A DNA stretch of 25,281 nucleotides. Source: Polaromonas sp. GTDB taxonomy: Bacteria > Pseudomonadota > Gammaproteobacteria > Burkholderiales > Burkholderiaceae_C. The position numbers were made by a program, and so were the translations under genes. The notes under the pieces were generated by a model, which was not told the origin of the DNA, ran no database searches, and worked only from the letters and a program-made list of their open reading frames with translations. The stretch lies in NCBI GenBank assembly GCA_043764955.1, contig JAYUJX010000355.1, positions 1 to 25,281 on the forward strand. The letters are read 5' to 3'. The first letter of the stretch is position 1, and every line of letters starts with the position of its first letter. Of this stretch, positions 21,700-25,281 are shown piece by piece.

Positions 21700-24600
21700 A
21701 TGCCTACGTTAACAATCACAAACGACACACCGTGGTCAAAGATTTATTCAACCAGTTCGACGGCATTCACAATTGGAATTGGTGGAACCGCGGTGCTTAC
21801 CGTTCCCGCAGGTCAATCTTATGTGGCGGGTCAAAACCTCGGGCTTTATCCACAAGGCACACCGCTCTTGACACCGCTTGCTTGTAACGTCGCATCCTAC
21901 ACAGGAACAGTCCTGACGCTCAATGTGACCGCTTTTGGTGTGCTGGCTGGCGGCACGGTTGGTGCGGTCAACACCATGACCGACCGCTTTGCCAAGCAGG
22001 CGCTCTCAGTCACTTCAAACACAGTTGGCATAGCCTTAAAAACTTGGGCAATCCGTCCAGGTCTAAACCTCACAGCGGGCGACGGCATTACTACTGGCGA
22101 CGAAATCAACATCGTGTCCCGTGTCTCGCAGGCTAACCGCATGTCAGGCCGAGTTACTGCGTACAACAATACGACAGGAAGCGTCTCGATCAACGTCATG
22201 GCATCCGCTGGTGCTGGTACGTTTACGGACTGGATCTTCACATCAGGTGGCACAGTGTCGTCGTGGATCATCGACGTGCTCGACGGTGACTTGGTAGATG
22301 TGACTGGATTCGCCACACTGACCTTTGACGTTTCCCCGCACGGTTGCCCAAACAGCTACCGGGCAATCGCCCAAGGCAAAATCAAGCACGTCAACACGCC
22401 GGAAGCTGACCCGATTGTCGTTCGCCTAGCTGGCAAAGGCACGGTCGACGTTCGTAGTAACGCCGTTCACGAAGCCAAGTCCGCAACCTACAAAACTGTA
22501 GGCACAGGCACGGGCGCGGCGCTGACTGTTACGCTTCCAGCGGCCTGGGATAAATTGGCTTACCCGACCGCTGTTGAGGTCGAAACCGCAGCAGGCAGCA
22601 ACGTGTATGAGCAGTGGCAGGTCTACCCGTCCTATATCTACGGTGTGCAGCGCTACGGCTATCACTACGGCTGTGATTTGCTTGATGTATTTCAAGGAAA
22701 TCTTGGCGGTACAAACACAGGTGCGGTTGCTAACACTGCCTATGCAGTAACAGGCGGTTCAGGCACGGGTGGCGAGTTCTTTGTGCAGTCTGTCAGTGGC
22801 GGCAACATCACCGCAGGCTATCCGACCAAGGGCGTTGGCTACGCAGTCGGCAACGTGCTCACAATCCAAGTCGGCGACAACCTGAAGACCTTCACTGTCA
22901 CGGTACTTGGTACATTCGGCGGCTCAGGGCCACTGAACAAGGTGGCGATCTGGAACCCCGCTGTACGATCTTTAAACTTTGGCGACAACACAAACGGCGT
23001 TGCTGTGCCAGCTGGCGCAAAGGTGCGCATTGCCAATTGTGCGCTTGAGGGCTTGCCACAAGAAGCGCCGATCATTGCAGACCTGACAACTGCCAGCACG
23101 ACAGCAACGTTTGAAAGCGGCGCGGCAATCACGATTTTTGACAACTCGCAAATGTTCATCGACAGTGAAGCCATCATGTCATCGGGCAAGGCCGGCAACC
23201 TGTTTACGCTGGCGCGAGGAGGCTCAAACGGGCGAGGCTCGATGGTCAAGGCGCACACAGCGGGGGCAGTTGCGCGAAATCACGCGCTAAACAGCGTCAC
23301 AAACAAGTGCCAAGTGCTCACCGATCCGGGTGGCACGCTCGACTATGACGGCTTTATCCTTGGCGAAAACATCACGATTCAGTCAGCAAACGCAAAAGGC
23401 ATCACGCTCGATCGTACTGGCTCGACTGGGCAATTGCTGATTCGCAACACTCCAGCAGCCGTTACTTTTGAGCAACACAGCCAAGCAGGTAATCCGTACT
23501 CGGACTGCATTGCTGGTGGGCCAATGGTGTACTTGAACACCGTACAGGGAATCATCAATGCAAACAACGTGACCATAGGTCAGGCGACTTGGAACACCAA
23601 CATCGGGCAGGGTAATATCTTATTTAGTCCGGTGAACTGTCCGCAAATTCAGAGCATGGCTAACTTCCGTGTTGCCGTGGTAAAACTGCGGCGTTACGAT
23701 GTCAATGTGGTGACTGTCAACGGCTGCCTCTTCCTTTCAGACGGTGCGCTGCATGACTTTGACGTGACCGTGCGTAGTTTATTTCAGACGCTGTCCGGCA
23801 CGCGCTTCTACAACATTCGCCATTGTGCGCACGTCGCCAAATTTTTACTTACTGATAACTCGCAAGCAGAGCGCGGCTTGTTCTGCCTCAATGTTTCTGA
23901 CACCTTGTTTCACGGGCTTGGCTCTGTAGTCGGCTGTCAGCCCACGTACATGAACCCGCTTACCTTGGACGGCGGCAGCAACTCAAATCTAGTGCATTCG
24001 TGCACGTATGAGGGTTCGTGGTTAGGTACGCCATCACTGTTTCACTTGTTTGACAATCGCGGTGTTAATAACTCGTTTGTAAATATTTCATCGACGGCAA
24101 TCCGTGATGCCACGTACTACAACTACTCAAACGGCGGTTCACAATTCGGCACTACGGAACGCCGCAACAACATCCGTTTAGGAACCGCGTTTATCGGCGG
24201 CAGTCAGTGGCCATCGTCTGAAAGTCAAGACGATTTTGTAGTTGGTAGCTCGGTATCGGCGACAGTGCCAAACTTACAAGACGCAGCCTGGTGGCACAAC
24301 CTTATTGACGGCGGAACGATCACACCAAACACGGGCCGCGTCTTCTTGGGTTACGGTGGGCCAAACGTCAATAAATCAAACTACACGATTACAGGTAGCG
24401 TTCGCACGTTTGTTAACAACTCCGGCTCTATGTTCCTTGGCGACACGGGCGACACCGTGACGTTCTCAAATTGGTATCCATTGCGCGGAATCACCAGCTT
24501 CCAGAATTCAGCAATCACGACAGCGCACAACAACTGGACGGGCGTGACTGAGCAAATTCGGTTCTGCCCGTGGGGCCAAGATATCACCGCCGTCGGCTTT

Positions 24601-25281
24601 GTCACAATGGACATAGCCAACGTGCTCGCTATGTGGGCCGCGATGACCGCCTATTCATCGGATGCAGGCCTGCAAATCCAAATCCGCTACACCGCAACGA
24701 CCACGCTGACCAACCGAAACACGGGCAACGTTTACCTGCTGACCAACGTCAACTCAGCCTTCTTGCCGCCTGTTGGTTACGTACCAATTACAACAAGCGC
24801 TATCGTTGCTGGTAGCTCATTTGTTGCTACTTTTGCGGCTGTGCAATATGGCTTGGATTTGGCAGCAAGCGCCACCGAAATCGCCTATCTACCATACGGC
24901 TTTTCGGGCAGTACAGAAACCGCCGCCGTCACTGTCACCAAGCTTGGCTACCTGCCATTTTTGCAAGGCACCTCATTCGGTCGACGCGGCTCGTCTGTCG
25001 TCGCGGTTCAGGTGGTCGATGGGTCTGTGACCGTAACAAACGCAGCGACTGTTGCGGCATATACAACGCTTGAGACGGTAGCAAAGCTTTACGACTACAC
25101 ACGGTATTATGAAACTACAGCAGCAGGTATAGCCAAAGCTGGTACTCTGGTTTCTGCAAGCGGTACGTCGGTTAACTTTGGTTCAATCAATCTCACACTA
25201 AATGCTGGCGCTGCTTCCGTGTTTACCTACGTGGGCAACACGATAACAGCTAAGGTATCAGCGATTGCGCCAAGCGCATTG
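21700..25281 (+). CDS. Very large beta-rich mosaic virion-type protein (>1194 aa, 3' partial; absent from ORF track)
   Basis: I translated frame 1 from ATG 21700 to the window end and found no stop in 1194 codons. Rich in G/T/S/A/N/V, with fibre-type modules and a beta-helix-like middle. Confidence 0.9.
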   Translation, partial: MPTLTITNDTPWSKIYSTSSTAFTIGIGGTAVLTVPAGQSYVAGQNLGLYPQGTPLLTPLACNVASYTGTVLTLNVTAFGVLAGGTVGAVNTMTDRFAKQALSVTSNTVGIALKTWAIRPGLNLTAGDGITTGDEINIVSRVSQANRMSGRVTAYNNTTGSVSINVMASAGAGTFTDWIFTSGGTVSSWIIDVLDGDLVDVTGFATLTFDVSPHGCPNSYRAIAQGKIKHVNTPEADPIVVRLAGKGTVDVRSNAVHEAKSATYKTVGTGTGAALTVTLPAAWDKLAYPTAVEVETAAGSNVYEQWQVYPSYIYGVQRYGYHYGCDLLDVFQGNLGGTNTGAVANTAYAVTGGSGTGGEFFVQSVSGGNITAGYPTKGVGYAVGNVLTIQVGDNLKTFTVTVLGTFGGSGPLNKVAIWNPAVRSLNFGDNTNGVAVPAGAKVRIANCALEGLPQEAPIIADLTTASTTATFESGAAITIFDNSQMFIDSEAIMSSGKAGNLFTLARGGSNGRGSMVKAHTAGAVARNHALNSVTNKCQVLTDPGGTLDYDGFILGENITIQSANAKGITLDRTGSTGQLLIRNTPAAVTFEQHSQAGNPYSDCIAGGPMVYLNTVQGIINANNVTIGQATWNTNIGQGNILFSPVNCPQIQSMANFRVAVVKLRRYDVNVVTVNGCLFLSDGALHDFDVTVRSLFQTLSGTRFYNIRHCAHVAKFLLTDNSQAERGLFCLNVSDTLFHGLGSVVGCQPTYMNPLTLDGGSNSNLVHSCTYEGSWLGTPSLFHLFDNRGVNNSFVNISSTAIRDATYYNYSNGGSQFGTTERRNNIRLGTAFIGGSQWPSSESQDDFVVGSSVSATVPNLQDAAWWHNLIDGGTITPNTGRVFLGYGGPNVNKSNYTITGSVRTFVNNSGSMFLGDTGDTVTFSNWYPLRGITSFQNSAITTAHNNWTGVTEQIRFCPWGQDITAVGFVTMDIANVLAMWAAMTAYSSDAGLQIQIRYTATTTLTNRNTGNVYLLTNVNSAFLPPVGYVPITTSAIVAGSSFVATFAAVQYGLDLAASATEIAYLPYGFSGSTETAAVTVTKLGYLPFLQGTSFGRRGSSVVAVQVVDGSVTVTNAATVAAYTTLETVAKLYDYTRYYETTAAGIAKAGTLVSASGTSVNFGSINLTLNAGAASVFTYVGNTITAKVSAIAPSAL

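Larger units (their letters stand above)
1..25281. mobile_element. HK97/lambdoid-like tailed phage genome segment (free phage or prophage; no host genes or att junction seen)
   Basis: Uninterrupted phage gene order: fibre, lysis, early operons, Cro-like, primase-helicase, Q-like, HNH, TerS, TerL, portal, protease, capsid. No housekeeping gene is recognisable. Confidence 0.97.

Noticed and set aside
21897-25030. Short ORFs listed in the track across the right end (21897-22316, 22839-23258, 24242-24460 and others)
   Set aside because: All lie within or opposite the uninterrupted frame-1 ORF starting at 21700, which explains the sequence.

Overview
The whole 25.3-kb window reads as one contiguous piece of an HK97/lambdoid-type tailed phage genome, probably infecting a Betaproteobacterium (the host is an inference). 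Order: end of a tail-fibre gene with a C1q-like tip; lysis cassette (class II holin, SAR-like M15 peptidase endolysin, an unannotated 27-aa membrane peptide, Rz with embedded Rz1, a lipoprotein, terminator); a separately promoted two-gene unit (unknown 135 aa + Aca-like HTH); a long leftward early operon (lipoprotein and small membrane proteins, SSB-like, cupin-like, long ParB, degenerate HNH, hypotheticals); mirror-image divergent promoters; Cro-like gene, VapE-type primase-helicase, putative origin, Q-like antiterminator, PR'/tR'; packaging HNH, cos-like region, TerS, TerL, portal, prohead protease, major capsid. It ends in a >1194-codon beta-rich mosaic ORF (21700 to window end) that is missing from the supplied ORF track. 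Main oddities: no CI repressor and no integrase where lambdoid phages carry them; a candidate anti-defence (acr-aca-like) operon with a palindromic operator and a two-hairpin leader; a SAR-type anchor on a zinc peptidase endolysin; and the giant fibre-module protein inside the head module. All calls come from reading the sequence and motifs by eye; no searches were run.
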